From Candidatus Babeliales bacterium (GTDB taxonomy: Bacteria; Babelota; Babeliae; Babelales; JANWKD01): a stretch of DNA of 64,000 bases. The notes beneath the pieces were generated by a model, which saw nothing but the letters and a program-made list of their open reading frames with translations, had not been told where the DNA came from and did no database searches. This document shows, piece by piece, positions 29,315-39,746 of the stretch (its first letter is position 1; every line of letters begins with the position of its first letter). The position numbers and the translations under genes are program-made. The DNA lies in assembly GCA_963722075.1 (NCBI GenBank), contig CAVRJM010000001.1, positions 352,001 through 416,000 of the forward strand, given 5' to 3'.

Positions 29315-29694
29315 ATTTTTTCTTCACCATTATAACTTAAAGTTTTATAGCTTGTGTAAAAGGAGGCACAAGCGATGGTTAAATATATGCTACTGCTTGC
29401 TAATTGTTCCTTGAGCTTTTTATACTCAAAGTTACTATATTTATCGAATTCAAGCCATATTTTATGATCAAATCCAATTTTGCCCATTGCGACTTTTGGT
29501 TTTGATAAAGGAATCTTCAATAAACTGCCTAGCTTAAAAAGACCAATCCCGGTGGTATAAAAACCAGCCGTCAAAGCAAAAAATCCAACGCTTTTACGAA
29601 GAATCTCCTTAGCTATAATGGCATAATCAGGATTACTGCGCAATTCTGCAATAGATAAGCAGTAAAGAAAGATGAGAATACCTTTTTTAAGCAT
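29308..29694 (-). CDS. Hypothetical membrane protein
   Basis: Signal peptide plus two TM segments. Confidence 0.6.
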   Translation of the reverse strand: MLKKGILIFLYCLSIAELRSNPDYAIIAKEILRKSVGFFALTAGFYTTGIGLFKLGSLLKIPLSKPKVAMGKIGFDHKIWLEFDKYSNFEYKKLKEQLASSSIYLTIACASFYTSYKTLSYNGEEKIW

Positions 29695-29698
29695 ATAA

Positions 29699-30172
29699 TT
29701 AATTCATTTGAAGTTTTTTGTCCGGCTTCCAACGCTTCAATAATTCCTTCAATAGAATTTCTTGTGGATTTTGTTCTGGGTGATGATGTATAAGAGATGT
29801 TGCTTTTTTTAAACTTCCTTGTACTGTCTCATCATCGCATACAGTAGAATCAATATGATTTAATGCCGGAATTAGATTACGCTCTACATTTTTTTGTACG
29901 GATAATTCTGCCGTTGATTCAATTAAAAGAGCATCTAAAAGCCCTAAAAAATCAACAATACATTGATGTATATTAGGATCGCTAATATGCATCTCTACCA
30001 TTTCATGATTTCTAAAATCAGGATCGTTAAAGCCATTTTTTAAAGCACGTACAATAATTTTTTTAAGCGCCTCAGATTCATGTTCAATAAGCCATTGTAA
30101 TAAAAAAAGCAGCTCATAGGTTAAAAGAACTTGGCCTTCAGCGGGAATAGTAAAATCTTTTTCGTTCATCAT
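29699..30172 (-). CDS. Hypothetical cytoplasmic protein
   Basis: 157 aa ORF tightly packed downstream of htpX. Confidence 0.7.
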   Translation of the reverse strand: MMNEKDFTIPAEGQVLLTYELLFLLQWLIEHESEALKKIIVRALKNGFNDPDFRNHEMVEMHISDPNIHQCIVDFLGLLDALLIESTAELSVQKNVERNLIPALNHIDSTVCDDETVQGSLKKATSLIHHHPEQNPQEILLKELLKRWKPDKKLQMN

Positions 30173-30187
30173 AGATAACCCTTTGTC

Positions 30188-31075
30188 TTAAGATTTTGTA
30201 AGTGCCATATTTTGTAATCGCTTAATACGCTGCTCTACGGGTGGATGAGTAGAAAACAATGACATCCACGTTGCTCCCGTTAAGGGATTAATAATAAATA
30301 ACGGGGATGTGGTTGCTTCTACAGCTTCATGAGCGGGTGCGTATTGCTTATAATTTGATATTTTAGCGAGTGCGCTGGCCAGAGCTAATGGTTCCCGTGA
30401 ATAATGTGCTCCCGATTCATCAGCAAGATATTCGCGTGATCGGGAAATAGCTAATTGCAATAACGTTGCAGCAATGGGCATAACAATGGCGGCAACAAGC
30501 ATAGCCAACGGATTAGAGCGCTTACGGGAATCATTACCATTTTGTTGCATTGTTCCCCATAACGCTGCATATTGCATCATTTGAGCTGCATAGCCGATTG
30601 CGGTAGCTAAGGTGGCAGCTATGGTGGTAACTAAAATATCACGATTTTTTACATGAGAAAGCTCATGAGCTAAAACGCCGCGTAATTCATCATGATCTAA
30701 TAGACCTAATATGCCGCTGGTTAAAACAACCGAAGCATGCTTCGGGTTGCGGCCCGTTGCAAATGCGTTTGCAATAGGTAAATTGACGAGCCATAATTTG
30801 GGCATTGGTATATTCATAGAAGTGCATAGATCTTGTACGGTAGTATAAATAGCATTATAACGACTTTGATCTAGTGGCTGTGCGCGGTATAATCGTAATA
30901 CAATCGATTCAGAAAAGAAATAAGCAATAAAGTTCATTACTAATGCCATAATAAACGCTACTTGCAATCCTTGGCGTCCGCCAAGAAGGGATCCTAAAAC
31001 TAAAAATAGTCCGCTTAAACAAGTAAGTAACAATATTGTTTTTATCGTATTTGAAATCATAAATAACTCCTTCAT
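30188..31075 (-). CDS. htpX: Zinc metalloprotease HtpX
   Basis: NAFATGRNP, GVLAHELSH, SRSREYLAD, FSTHPP. Confidence 0.95.
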   Translation of the reverse strand: MKELFMISNTIKTILLLTCLSGLFLVLGSLLGGRQGLQVAFIMALVMNFIAYFFSESIVLRLYRAQPLDQSRYNAIYTTVQDLCTSMNIPMPKLWLVNLPIANAFATGRNPKHASVVLTSGILGLLDHDELRGVLAHELSHVKNRDILVTTIAATLATAIGYAAQMMQYAALWGTMQQNGNDSRKRSNPLAMLVAAIVMPIAATLLQLAISRSREYLADESGAHYSREPLALASALAKISNYKQYAPAHEAVEATTSPLFIINPLTGATWMSLFSTHPPVEQRIKRLQNMALTKS

Positions 31076-31533
31076 TCATCATAATCAACTTCCCATTGGA
31101 CTATATTCAACGATTCTTGAAAGTCCTTAGAAGGTGGTTCTTTTTGCAGGGCTATATCCCTTAAATTATCGTGCTTGATAGTAATTAACTTTTTTGCACT
31201 TATCTGTGCTGCTTCTTTGCAGACATTATTTTCGTGCGTTAATTCATCATGCGCATCATCAAATACTTTGTTCATTTCGTTTTGTAGCCGCTTAATTTTC
31301 TTTTGTAATTTTAAAATCATATCGACACCGGCTAAATTAATACCGAGCTGATGGGTCAGATATATAATTTCTTCAAGCTTATCAACATCTTCTTCGGAGA
31401 AAAGGCGGGTATTGCCTTCGGATCTCTTAGGAACAATTAACCCTTCTTTTTCATATAATCGAATGGTTTGCTGATGCACGGAAAACATTTTGGCAACGGC
31501 AGAAATTGAATAATAGCCTTTTTTTCTTTTCAT
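31072..31533 (-). CDS. hspR: MerR-family heat-shock repressor HspR-like
   Basis: YSISAVAKMFSVHQQTIRLYEKEGLI.PKRSEGNTRLFS, LGINLAGV. Confidence 0.85.
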   Translation of the reverse strand: MKRKKGYYSISAVAKMFSVHQQTIRLYEKEGLIVPKRSEGNTRLFSEEDVDKLEEIIYLTHQLGINLAGVDMILKLQKKIKRLQNEMNKVFDDAHDELTHENNVCKEAAQISAKKLITIKHDNLRDIALQKEPPSKDFQESLNIVQWEVDYDE

Positions 31534-31688
31534 TCTTTATATCCCTTAAAACCTTCATAAGAGAATACCCATATAGCCTATCATAAATTTTTTGATAAAT
31601 CATGTAGTTTTTGTTTCACCCTAAAAAAAGAAGTATGATACCCTATAATATGGTTATTAAGTAGGTATATTCAGAGGATTATAAAGAC

Positions 31689-32333
31689 ATGAAGTTAATT
31701 GTAGCCTTTATTTTATTATTCAATTTGAATTATATGCAGGTATGGGGTAAAACCATAGAAAAATCGTTTTCTATACTGGCCGTTGAAGAACGGATAAATG
31801 AAACGCGATTTCTGTGTCGTTCTGATTTGATTGACGGTAAATTAACCGAGATCTGGGCGGTAAATGGCCAAAAGGTAAGCCAAGAGCAGTATGAAGAGGC
31901 GATTTTGAATGCAGAACGGGAAGAAATACGAAAAAATCGGGCATTAGAGGCCCAAAAAAGAAGGGATGAACAAGAATTCAAAATAACAGCTCAATATGCT
32001 TTGGTTAAAAAAATGCTCAGCACGCTCGTTGCTGAAATTGAAAAAGTCGTGGTACGCGTAAAAAATCCGCTTTTATACTCTTATTTATCGTTTAGCGAAC
32101 ATACCTTTAATTCGGAAATGGATTTTATTCAGTTGCAAGAAGAAGTCCAAAAGGCAAAATTACTATGTAGTAATGATACATTAGAACATCTTTCAATGTG
32201 TCAGGAAACCTTTAACCGCTTAGAATTATATCCCGCTAAGCTTACAAATTTATACCAAGATTCAGTAAATTATGCTATTAAAACGTGTGACAATACACGT
32301 ACACTGAAAGAGCTATTGGCTTTCGTTTCATAA
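31689..32333 (+). CDS. Secreted hypothetical protein
   Basis: Signal peptide, coiled-coil middle region. Confidence 0.7.
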   Translation: MKLIVAFILLFNLNYMQVWGKTIEKSFSILAVEERINETRFLCRSDLIDGKLTEIWAVNGQKVSQEQYEEAILNAEREEIRKNRALEAQKRRDEQEFKITAQYALVKKMLSTLVAEIEKVVVRVKNPLLYSYLSFSEHTFNSEMDFIQLQEEVQKAKLLCSNDTLEHLSMCQETFNRLELYPAKLTNLYQDSVNYAIKTCDNTRTLKELLAFVS

Positions 32334-33458
32334 TTACACATTAAATTTAACGTTAATAATATCGCCATCCTGCACCACATAATCCTGACCTTCAGTTCTC
32401 ATTTTGCCACTGGTACGTAATTTTGCTTCTGTTCCCAATTCAAATAGATCGTTGCAATTAAAAACATCGGCGCAGATAAATCCTCGTTGAAGATCGGAGT
32501 GAATTTCGCCAGCAGCTTGACGAACGGTTAAGCCTTTTTTTATAGGCCAGGCATGAATTTCCTTAGGACCGCAGGTGAAAAAGGTTATAAGCCCTAAATG
32601 CGCATAGGTTTGTTGAATAATTTTATCAAGACCGCTTTTTTGTAAACCAAGCATTCCCATCATTTGAGCAGCATCTTCTGGAGATAATTGCGATAATTCA
32701 TATTCTAAACGGGCACATACTGCAATAACACGATCTTGACCAAATCGGTTAATTAATGATTTATAAAAGGGATTATCCTTATAAACCTCATTTTCTATTT
32801 CATGTTCAGCTATATTGGCGATAATTAAGAAATTTTTTCCTGATAACAGCGGAATTGTTTCTACCGGTGACTCATGAACTAATTCATATACTTTTGTTGC
32901 GTTTGCTGCATTTAATTCCTGATTAAGGGCATTAAGTAGTTCCAATTCAGTAGTCAGTTGCTTAAATTCAGCAGGCTTATTTTTTGCTGATTTGAGTAGA
33001 TGATTAACTTTTTCTATTCTTTTATGGACTGATTCCAAATCTTTCAGCATCAATTCTGATTGGATGATTTCAAAATCATTTATAGGATCAATCTCTTGGC
33101 CTGCATGGATTATATTGGCATCTTCAAAGCAACGTACCACATGCAAAATTAAATCAACTTCCCTAATATGGCTTAAAAATTGGTTGCCCAGACCCTCTCC
33201 TGAAGCAGCTCCTTTAACCAAGCCGGCGATATCAACAAAGCTTACGGTAGCGGGCATTATTTTTTGGCTATTGTATATGTTTTTTAATTGTAATACTCGT
33301 TGGTCGGGGACTTCAGTAATAGCCATATGCGGGTCAATGGTGCAAAAGGGATAATTTTCTGCAGGTACTGATGATTTAGTTAAGGCGTTAAATAAGGTAG
33401 ATTTACCCACATTGGGTAAGCCTACCAGGCCAGCTTTTATGCTCATATATTCCTTCAT
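32334..33458 (-). CDS. ychF: Ribosome-binding ATPase YchF
   Basis: GLVGLPNVGKSTLFN, NYPFCTI, DIAGLVKGA, EGQDYVVQDGD. Confidence 0.97.
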   Translation of the reverse strand: MKEYMSIKAGLVGLPNVGKSTLFNALTKSSVPAENYPFCTIDPHMAITEVPDQRVLQLKNIYNSQKIMPATVSFVDIAGLVKGAASGEGLGNQFLSHIREVDLILHVVRCFEDANIIHAGQEIDPINDFEIIQSELMLKDLESVHKRIEKVNHLLKSAKNKPAEFKQLTTELELLNALNQELNAANATKVYELVHESPVETIPLLSGKNFLIIANIAEHEIENEVYKDNPFYKSLINRFGQDRVIAVCARLEYELSQLSPEDAAQMMGMLGLQKSGLDKIIQQTYAHLGLITFFTCGPKEIHAWPIKKGLTVRQAAGEIHSDLQRGFICADVFNCNDLFELGTEAKLRTSGKMRTEGQDYVVQDGDIINVKFNV

Positions 33459-33586
33459 AATGCTTTATTAATAACTATAATTGAGTGTGCTTTAAAAATC
33501 GATTTTATTCAATAAGCCGTATATGCAAGAAAGATACAAATTATTATACTGATCCCCTGAAAATAATAATCTTCAAAGGAGTTTTA

Positions 33587-34096
33587 ATGTATAGTATATA
33601 TAAACGCATTTCTCTGATTTTTATAATCAATTTTGGATTATATTGTAACGCGATGGAAAAGTCTGAATTTCAGGATTTGATATTTGCAATTGCAGATAAA
33701 ACAAGTGAACTTGTATTAGATAGTATTATTCAATATTTTCAAAAATCAGCTATTGGTTATAATCAAGATTCAGTTATGCTTCGCAATATGTCTCTAAAAT
33801 TAACTAAAAAAACTAGTCTCGAACAAGATTGTGTAGATGATAAGCGGGTTACAACCGTATCTAAACTCTCTAAAAAAATTACGAAAAAAAGAAGAAAAGA
33901 ATATAGTGCCTGGGCTCAACATTTAACAGAAAATAAAGAACAATATCATTTAAATTTAATGAAATCATTTCGTTTATTCTTGGTAAATAGCTCATTAGAA
34001 GAAGATTATATTAAGTTTTTCTCCCGTTCAATTTTAAATATTAAAGAAGAAATTGAAAAAGAGCACTCGATAGAAAAGCCGAAGGAAAAAGAATAA
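33587..34096 (+). CDS. Secreted hypothetical protein with basic patch
   Basis: ATG 33587 follows AAGGAG; signal CNA|ME; KKITKKRRK. Confidence 0.7.
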   Translation: MYSIYKRISLIFIINFGLYCNAMEKSEFQDLIFAIADKTSELVLDSIIQYFQKSAIGYNQDSVMLRNMSLKLTKKTSLEQDCVDDKRVTTVSKLSKKITKKRRKEYSAWAQHLTENKEQYHLNLMKSFRLFLVNSSLEEDYIKFFSRSILNIKEEIEKEHSIEKPKEKE

Positions 34097-34097
34097 T

Positions 34098-35963
34098 TTA
34101 TATATCTTCCAGCGGTTTATAAAGCACAATCTCTTTTATCTTATTTTTAGGATCAGTTAGGCGTATGCAAAATTGATTTTCAGTATATTTTCTGTTGGTT
34201 ATAATTATGTCTGATAACGACTCAAATTCTTTGGTTTCATATACCTGTTCTTGCATCGAAGGGAATTGTACCTTATATGCATTACCCATAAGAATCTCGG
34301 AAACTTCTATATCATCTAACTTATTATAGCCGCGATGATAGCAAATTCCTCTTTCATCAATACTGCAAGAAAAGCATACTAATTTCTTCTTATTTGAATG
34401 GTAATTAATTTCTCCAATAAGTAAGTATCGCATTTCTTTTTGCCCATTATCTTTTGTTATTTCTTGTTGTTGCCCAATAGAGAGCAAGAAATGATCGATT
34501 AATGGGTTAATGGTATGATATTCGATAGAGCTGTTACTAGGTTTGTTAGCAGAAATAAAATCTTCATCGAACCACCGTAAGATACGGACATGGTAGGTAG
34601 GTAATATAAGCTGTTCAACTTCTTTTTCTTGAATAGGTTCTGGAATTGGAGCTTCGACAGTAGCTTCCATACTAATGATTTCTTCGGGTTCTTCATCACG
34701 TGTAGTAGTTGCTTTTTTTGAATGGGGATGCTTTTGTTTCTTCTTTTTTTTACTTGTACATCTGGTTGGTGTTGGTTTTTGATGATATTTTTTATCAATC
34801 CATTCATCAATAGGTTTTGTCTTACTTTGTGTAATTAATTCATCAGGTAATCGCTCAAACAATTCGTTACGTTTTAAGATTTTTGTTTTATATTTTTTTA
34901 TAGCTTCGAGTCGTTCTTGAGATGGCAATGTTTTTAAAATTCTATTTTTCTCATCCATTATTTTTTTATAAAGCGCAGCATGTTGCTGATGAGTAGCGGA
35001 TATAGTTTTAATAAGTGAAGCAATATGATCATTGTAATAAACGTTCTCAGCTGTTAATAAGCAATCGTGATTATTATTGAGAAATCCATAGCCATGTTTC
35101 ATTGCTTTGAGTTGTGCAAAAAGAGATAATACTTGCGGCATTACTTCTGTAACTGCAGAATAAATACCGTGCTTATCAAGAATTTCATTTATTTTTAAGA
35201 GTAGATCAGTTTGTTTAATTATGTTATTTGCAGTCTGAACACTAACACGAAGAGGTTGCGCGGTGTCGTCGATGAATAGTAATGAAAATAAAAAGATATC
35301 AGTAAAACGTGAAATGTCGTCGGCGCAAAGGGTCATATAAAAAGTGTTATAGATTTTTTTTGCTATTATTTTGACTTCTTCATTTTCATTATCTAGTAAT
35401 TGGGTAAATAATCTTTTATAGCGGTTTTCATTTGAAGCGTTAAATTTTTGTGGATTATTTGATAAGGGAATTAACTGGAATCCTATCGAGCGACCTTCGC
35501 ATGTGGTTATAGGAATATGCTTTTTTATAAGTTCTTCATTTTCTGGAATAATAGGAACGCTTTTGTGGTAATGTGGTTTTGGTTCATTTGATTCGTTAAA
35601 TGGCGGCATCACTGCAGTTATATCGAATCCAAATATTTCATTTGGAAAAGAAGATGTTAAGGCCTCTTTAGTGTAATAAAGTATTTTTTGAAAAAAGGCT
35701 AACGATTCATGACGCATATACAATAAATTGGTTAATAGTTGTAGTTTTTGTAAGTAGGATGGATAATCTTTCTTTAAACCAGAAAAATGTAATAATTTTG
35801 GAATATTAATTTCATCTACTTGGGGAGCATGGCTTAAAAGTGCGGGGAAGACTTGAGGTATAATTTCAACCTGTTTATTTTCTTCAGGGGCTTCCATTGC
35901 ACTGATGTTTAATAGAGTGCATGATAAGAGTAGAATTACTATATTTTTATATATTTTTTTCAT
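34098..35963 (-). CDS. Secreted hypothetical protein with Lys-rich NLS-like segment
   Basis: Signal ISA|ME; SKKKKKQKHPHSKK. Confidence 0.75.
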   Translation of the reverse strand: MKKIYKNIVILLLSCTLLNISAMEAPEENKQVEIIPQVFPALLSHAPQVDEINIPKLLHFSGLKKDYPSYLQKLQLLTNLLYMRHESLAFFQKILYYTKEALTSSFPNEIFGFDITAVMPPFNESNEPKPHYHKSVPIIPENEELIKKHIPITTCEGRSIGFQLIPLSNNPQKFNASNENRYKRLFTQLLDNENEEVKIIAKKIYNTFYMTLCADDISRFTDIFLFSLLFIDDTAQPLRVSVQTANNIIKQTDLLLKINEILDKHGIYSAVTEVMPQVLSLFAQLKAMKHGYGFLNNNHDCLLTAENVYYNDHIASLIKTISATHQQHAALYKKIMDEKNRILKTLPSQERLEAIKKYKTKILKRNELFERLPDELITQSKTKPIDEWIDKKYHQKPTPTRCTSKKKKKQKHPHSKKATTTRDEEPEEIISMEATVEAPIPEPIQEKEVEQLILPTYHVRILRWFDEDFISANKPSNSSIEYHTINPLIDHFLLSIGQQQEITKDNGQKEMRYLLIGEINYHSNKKKLVCFSCSIDERGICYHRGYNKLDDIEVSEILMGNAYKVQFPSMQEQVYETKEFESLSDIIITNRKYTENQFCIRLTDPKNKIKEIVLYKPLEDI

Positions 35964-36151
35964 ATTCTATTGTTCCATTTATAATTATCATCTTCTATAT
36001 ATAATTACTAATATATATTTTTTTATAAAATTATCAAGCTGGTATATTGCCCTGTGTAAAAAGTTTCAATTTGTAATTATTGAAGTAGGATGGCTGCTTT
36101 TGGTATACTGACTACTAATACAGATAGAATCTTATAAAAAGGGGTTGAGGT

Positions 36152-39049
36152 ATGAAGTTTATAGATAAAAAGGCTATTTTTACTGTTTTTTTTATATTTT
36201 CACCTTTATTTTTTACATTTCCGATCATTATAGCTCAAGAAGGCGAGGAATGGAAAGCTCCTGAAGTGCCTAAAACTGAGGCTGAAAGAAGCACACTTGA
36301 AAAAGAGATTCAAAAGCGCCAACAGGCAATTGACCATGAAAGTGCTGGGGATCCTCGAGCTCATTTAGAGAATCAACGATTGAAAGCAGATATTGCAGTG
36401 CTTGAAATTAGTAAGGCTGAAGATAAGTTAAAAGCCAATCCTAATGATGCAACAGCACAAGCGCAAAAAGTTGAGGCGCAAAAATTGTTAGCGCAAGCGC
36501 AACAAGCATTTGAAAGCTCCTTTGTTCCTTCTGAGGCCGTACAGAAAAGAACGGTGTTACAGCAATTTGCTTATGATTTTAATCAGCAGTTAACTAAAAG
36601 CTTGAATGATATTAAAGAATCGCTTCCTAATGAGGTTGCTATTCAACGTTCACAATACCTCGCACTTTCTAATGAATTTAACCGCATGCAACTAGGAAGA
36701 CAATCAACATTATTAGCTGATGTTGACTATAGTGTTACTGATTTCGCGCGTCAAAAAGAAATATTACAAAAATTTCAACAAGCGCTTGTTGATAATGGTT
36801 TAGACAGTCCCCAAGCAAAAACATTACAAGAAAATATAGAAGCGCGTATAGAAGAAATAAAAGCATTCAAGCCAGGTCCAGAATTTCGCAACAATAAGTT
36901 AGCCCAAGAGCTTAATGTGGCCAATAAGCTGCCCTCAGATAGATTACTTTTACTTAAGGATCGCTTGAGACCCGAAACCTTCAATGCGACATATAAAGAA
37001 GCTTCTGATCGGCAACAGGCATTGAGAGATTTAAAACAGATTCTTCTTTTATATGGTATTTCATTTAAAGAGTTTTTTGCCTTAAATAGTACGGTAACCC
37101 CAGCTTTTATCAATTCGATAGCGCTTAGCTTACCAAATGATAGTGAGCGCATTGGTCTTTTTAGTTGGGTATTAAATGACGCGCTTTCCGTAACGACCTA
37201 TGCAGAGCAAGAGCGGCGGTTAAAATATTTAGATGCGGCATTACAAGATCCAAGTTTGCATGAGTATAAAGGATTGGCAGATTACATTAGGATAGCGCGT
37301 GATGCGATTGCAAAACGTATTACCCAAATAGAAGCAGTAAAAAGACAAAAAGTGCCGGTGCCACCAGCCGGAAGTTTAGCTGAAAAATTACAACTGAATG
37401 AAAAAATCCCTGCTGATCAAATCGTGGCAATTGAAAATGAATTTGTTTCTATTCAATCACAAATTATGGATGTATTTAAAGAGCAGCGGCAATTTGCCAA
37501 TGGGGATAATATATTTGCATGGGAAGAGCCAGAACTTAAAAAATTACAAGAAATTGTGAATTCAATGAGAGGGCTTTTAATAGATGCAAGTAAGTTATAT
37601 GATTTAGATGAAGAATATCAGGCACGCTTCATAGCGATGAATGATCCTATTACTGCATTACAAGTGCAAGTAAATGAGGCACTTGATCAGCCTAGCATTG
37701 CAGAAACAGTATATAATGATGTGAGTAGTTTCTTATCAACTATTTTTTCAGGAAAAACAGGATTAGAAGAGGAAGAACCTTCAAAATCAATGGCAGAAAC
37801 GATAGGCCAAACGCTTGATTCATTAAATAAAGTTGTTGATACTATGTTGCGCCGAGAAGGTGAACTGATGAAAATAATAAGCGGTGGCGCAAAAGTTGTC
37901 GGTGATTATTTAGAACAAGCGCCTGAAGTAATAGAATCTACACAAAAATTTCTTGCTGATTTAGAGCAAAATACAAATGCGCATCGATTAGGTAAAGCAA
38001 ATTTATGGATTATTGAGCAAGCGGGGACTATTGAGGATAGGCAGGCAGTAGCAAATTTAGTAGTAAGTGCCTTTAAAGAGCTTCAAAATTTTGCTCATAG
38101 CGATGTTGTAAAAAAAATTGCTGAGGGAATACAGTCTGCCGGACAAGTTTTTAATGGTTTTGCAGAAGCAGCAAAAGAAGTGGGTAATAAAATAGATCAA
38201 GCGGCGCAAGACGTAACGCCCCCTGATGAGGCACTCGAACGTAAATTAGAAGCTATTAAAACAGCGCAAGCATTAATTGATAAAGAAAAAGAAGCACTAC
38301 CTGTGGTATCAGAAACTGATGTGCAAACATATAGTAGTTTTTTTAAAGATTTTTTCCAAAAAATGTTGAGTTGGTTACGTACGAAGTTTACGACACCAAA
38401 AACGGGATTAAACGATCGTTATGTAGCGGCGATGAATAATTATACGACGCAGCGAGATCTTTATTTAAGATATTTAGGTGTTACTGATGAAAGTACATCT
38501 GAGGAAATTCGTGCTGCAATGGAAAAGAAATTTAGAGAAGATAAAAATGGAAGTAAAAAAGCAGCTGGTGATGTATTTACGAGTGCTCGTGATATGATGG
38601 CAGTATTACAAGAAGCCCAAAAAACATTGCAAGCAGTACAAGGAAATATACACTTTGTTGTTGAAGCCTGGGATTCATTAGATCCAGCAGCTACTGATGA
38701 AAAAGCCTCCGCAGCTCAGATAATTATTGATCTTTTTGCAGCACGTGATCGAAAATTGGATTACCTCGAGGCTGCGCGGCGTGAAATGGCATTCCTAGAA
38801 AGCGGTCTGCGTGCGATGATTCCTAAAAATATAAAAAATATTTCGGTAGTTTCTGATGATTTTATAACTATTTCTATGGCAGCTAATAAATTGTATCTTT
38901 CAGAGCAGCAGATCAAAACTATTCAAGATTACCAAGCATTAATTAAAGAATTAGATGATGCATTAAATAAAAAACAGCAAGAGCTTTTACAATCGCAAAG
39001 TGGTGGTACCAATACAGGCGGAAATGGTGGAATTTTTGGTGGCGGATAA
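36152..39049 (+). CDS. Large secreted coiled-coil protein
   Basis: Signal peptide, 965 aa helical, Gly-rich tail GGTNTGGNGGIFGGG. Confidence 0.8.
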   Translation: MKFIDKKAIFTVFFIFSPLFFTFPIIIAQEGEEWKAPEVPKTEAERSTLEKEIQKRQQAIDHESAGDPRAHLENQRLKADIAVLEISKAEDKLKANPNDATAQAQKVEAQKLLAQAQQAFESSFVPSEAVQKRTVLQQFAYDFNQQLTKSLNDIKESLPNEVAIQRSQYLALSNEFNRMQLGRQSTLLADVDYSVTDFARQKEILQKFQQALVDNGLDSPQAKTLQENIEARIEEIKAFKPGPEFRNNKLAQELNVANKLPSDRLLLLKDRLRPETFNATYKEASDRQQALRDLKQILLLYGISFKEFFALNSTVTPAFINSIALSLPNDSERIGLFSWVLNDALSVTTYAEQERRLKYLDAALQDPSLHEYKGLADYIRIARDAIAKRITQIEAVKRQKVPVPPAGSLAEKLQLNEKIPADQIVAIENEFVSIQSQIMDVFKEQRQFANGDNIFAWEEPELKKLQEIVNSMRGLLIDASKLYDLDEEYQARFIAMNDPITALQVQVNEALDQPSIAETVYNDVSSFLSTIFSGKTGLEEEEPSKSMAETIGQTLDSLNKVVDTMLRREGELMKIISGGAKVVGDYLEQAPEVIESTQKFLADLEQNTNAHRLGKANLWIIEQAGTIEDRQAVANLVVSAFKELQNFAHSDVVKKIAEGIQSAGQVFNGFAEAAKEVGNKIDQAAQDVTPPDEALERKLEAIKTAQALIDKEKEALPVVSETDVQTYSSFFKDFFQKMLSWLRTKFTTPKTGLNDRYVAAMNNYTTQRDLYLRYLGVTDESTSEEIRAAMEKKFREDKNGSKKAAGDVFTSARDMMAVLQEAQKTLQAVQGNIHFVVEAWDSLDPAATDEKASAAQIIIDLFAARDRKLDYLEAARREMAFLESGLRAMIPKNIKNISVVSDDFITISMAANKLYLSEQQIKTIQDYQALIKELDDALNKKQQELLQSQSGGTNTGGNGGIFGGG

Positions 39050-39137
39050 TAGTAGTAAAAATTGTTGCAAATAAAAAATATTTTATGGCATGCTATCATT
39101 GTTGTAGTATTACGGATTAAATAAAGGAGTTTCGTAT

Positions 39138-39377
39138 ATGATGAATTGTTCTCCAGCAATGAAAATTGTTGCAAAGATTTCAATGTTAATTTGTTCATTA
39201 GCTGCAATTCACATGGGTCTTATGGAAATGGGATATAATCTTATTGATACCATGAAATTAGCTGAATATGCACGTCCACTTGGTTATATTGTCGGTATAG
39301 CTGGTGTGATCAGCTTAGTGATGCTTATTTTGTGGTGTACGAAGTCTCATTGTGACACCACCGGATCATGTCGATAA
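39138..39377 (+). CDS. Small two-TM protein (DUF378-like), copy 1
   Basis: KISMLICSLAAIHMGL...YIVGIAG; AAGGAG RBS. Confidence 0.75.
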   Translation: MMNCSPAMKIVAKISMLICSLAAIHMGLMEMGYNLIDTMKLAEYARPLGYIVGIAGVISLVMLILWCTKSHCDTTGSCR

Positions 39378-39388
39378 AGGAGTTTACG

Positions 39389-39652
39389 ATGCATTGTTCT
39401 CCCGTTATGAAGATCGTTGCAAAGATTTCAATGTTAATTTGTTCATTAGCTGCAATTCACATAGGTTTGATGGAAATGGGATATAATCTCATTGATCCCA
39501 TGAAGCTTGCTGAATATGCACGTCCGCTTGGCTATATTGTTGGTATAGCTGGATTAATCAGCTTAGTGATGCTAGTGATGTGGTGCATGAAATCTCATTG
39601 TGGCTGCGGACCAGGATGTTCTGGATCATGCAGTTCCGGTTCTTGCCGATAA
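39389..39652 (+). CDS. Small two-TM protein (DUF378-like), copy 2 with Cys-rich tail
   Basis: Near-identical to copy 1; ATG 39389 follows AAGGAG; tail HCGCGPGCSGSCSSGSCR. Confidence 0.75.
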   Translation: MHCSPVMKIVAKISMLICSLAAIHIGLMEMGYNLIDPMKLAEYARPLGYIVGIAGLISLVMLVMWCMKSHCGCGPGCSGSCSSGSCR

Positions 39653-39675
39653 GCTGTTAAAAAAATTAGAAAGCT

Positions 39676-39721
39676 AAAAAGCTAGATAATGATACAAAAA
39701 TAATCGTTATCTAGCTTTTTT
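39676..39721. terminator. Bidirectional intrinsic terminator
   Basis: AAAAAGCTAGATAATGAT...ATCGTTATCTAGCTTTTT. Confidence 0.8.
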
Positions 39722-39746
39722 ATTTATGCTCATCAAAGCCTAAAAA

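Noticed and set aside
33485..33586. GTG-initiated extension of ORF 33485..34096
   Set aside because: ATG 33587 has an AAGGAG RBS and begins a clear signal peptide.
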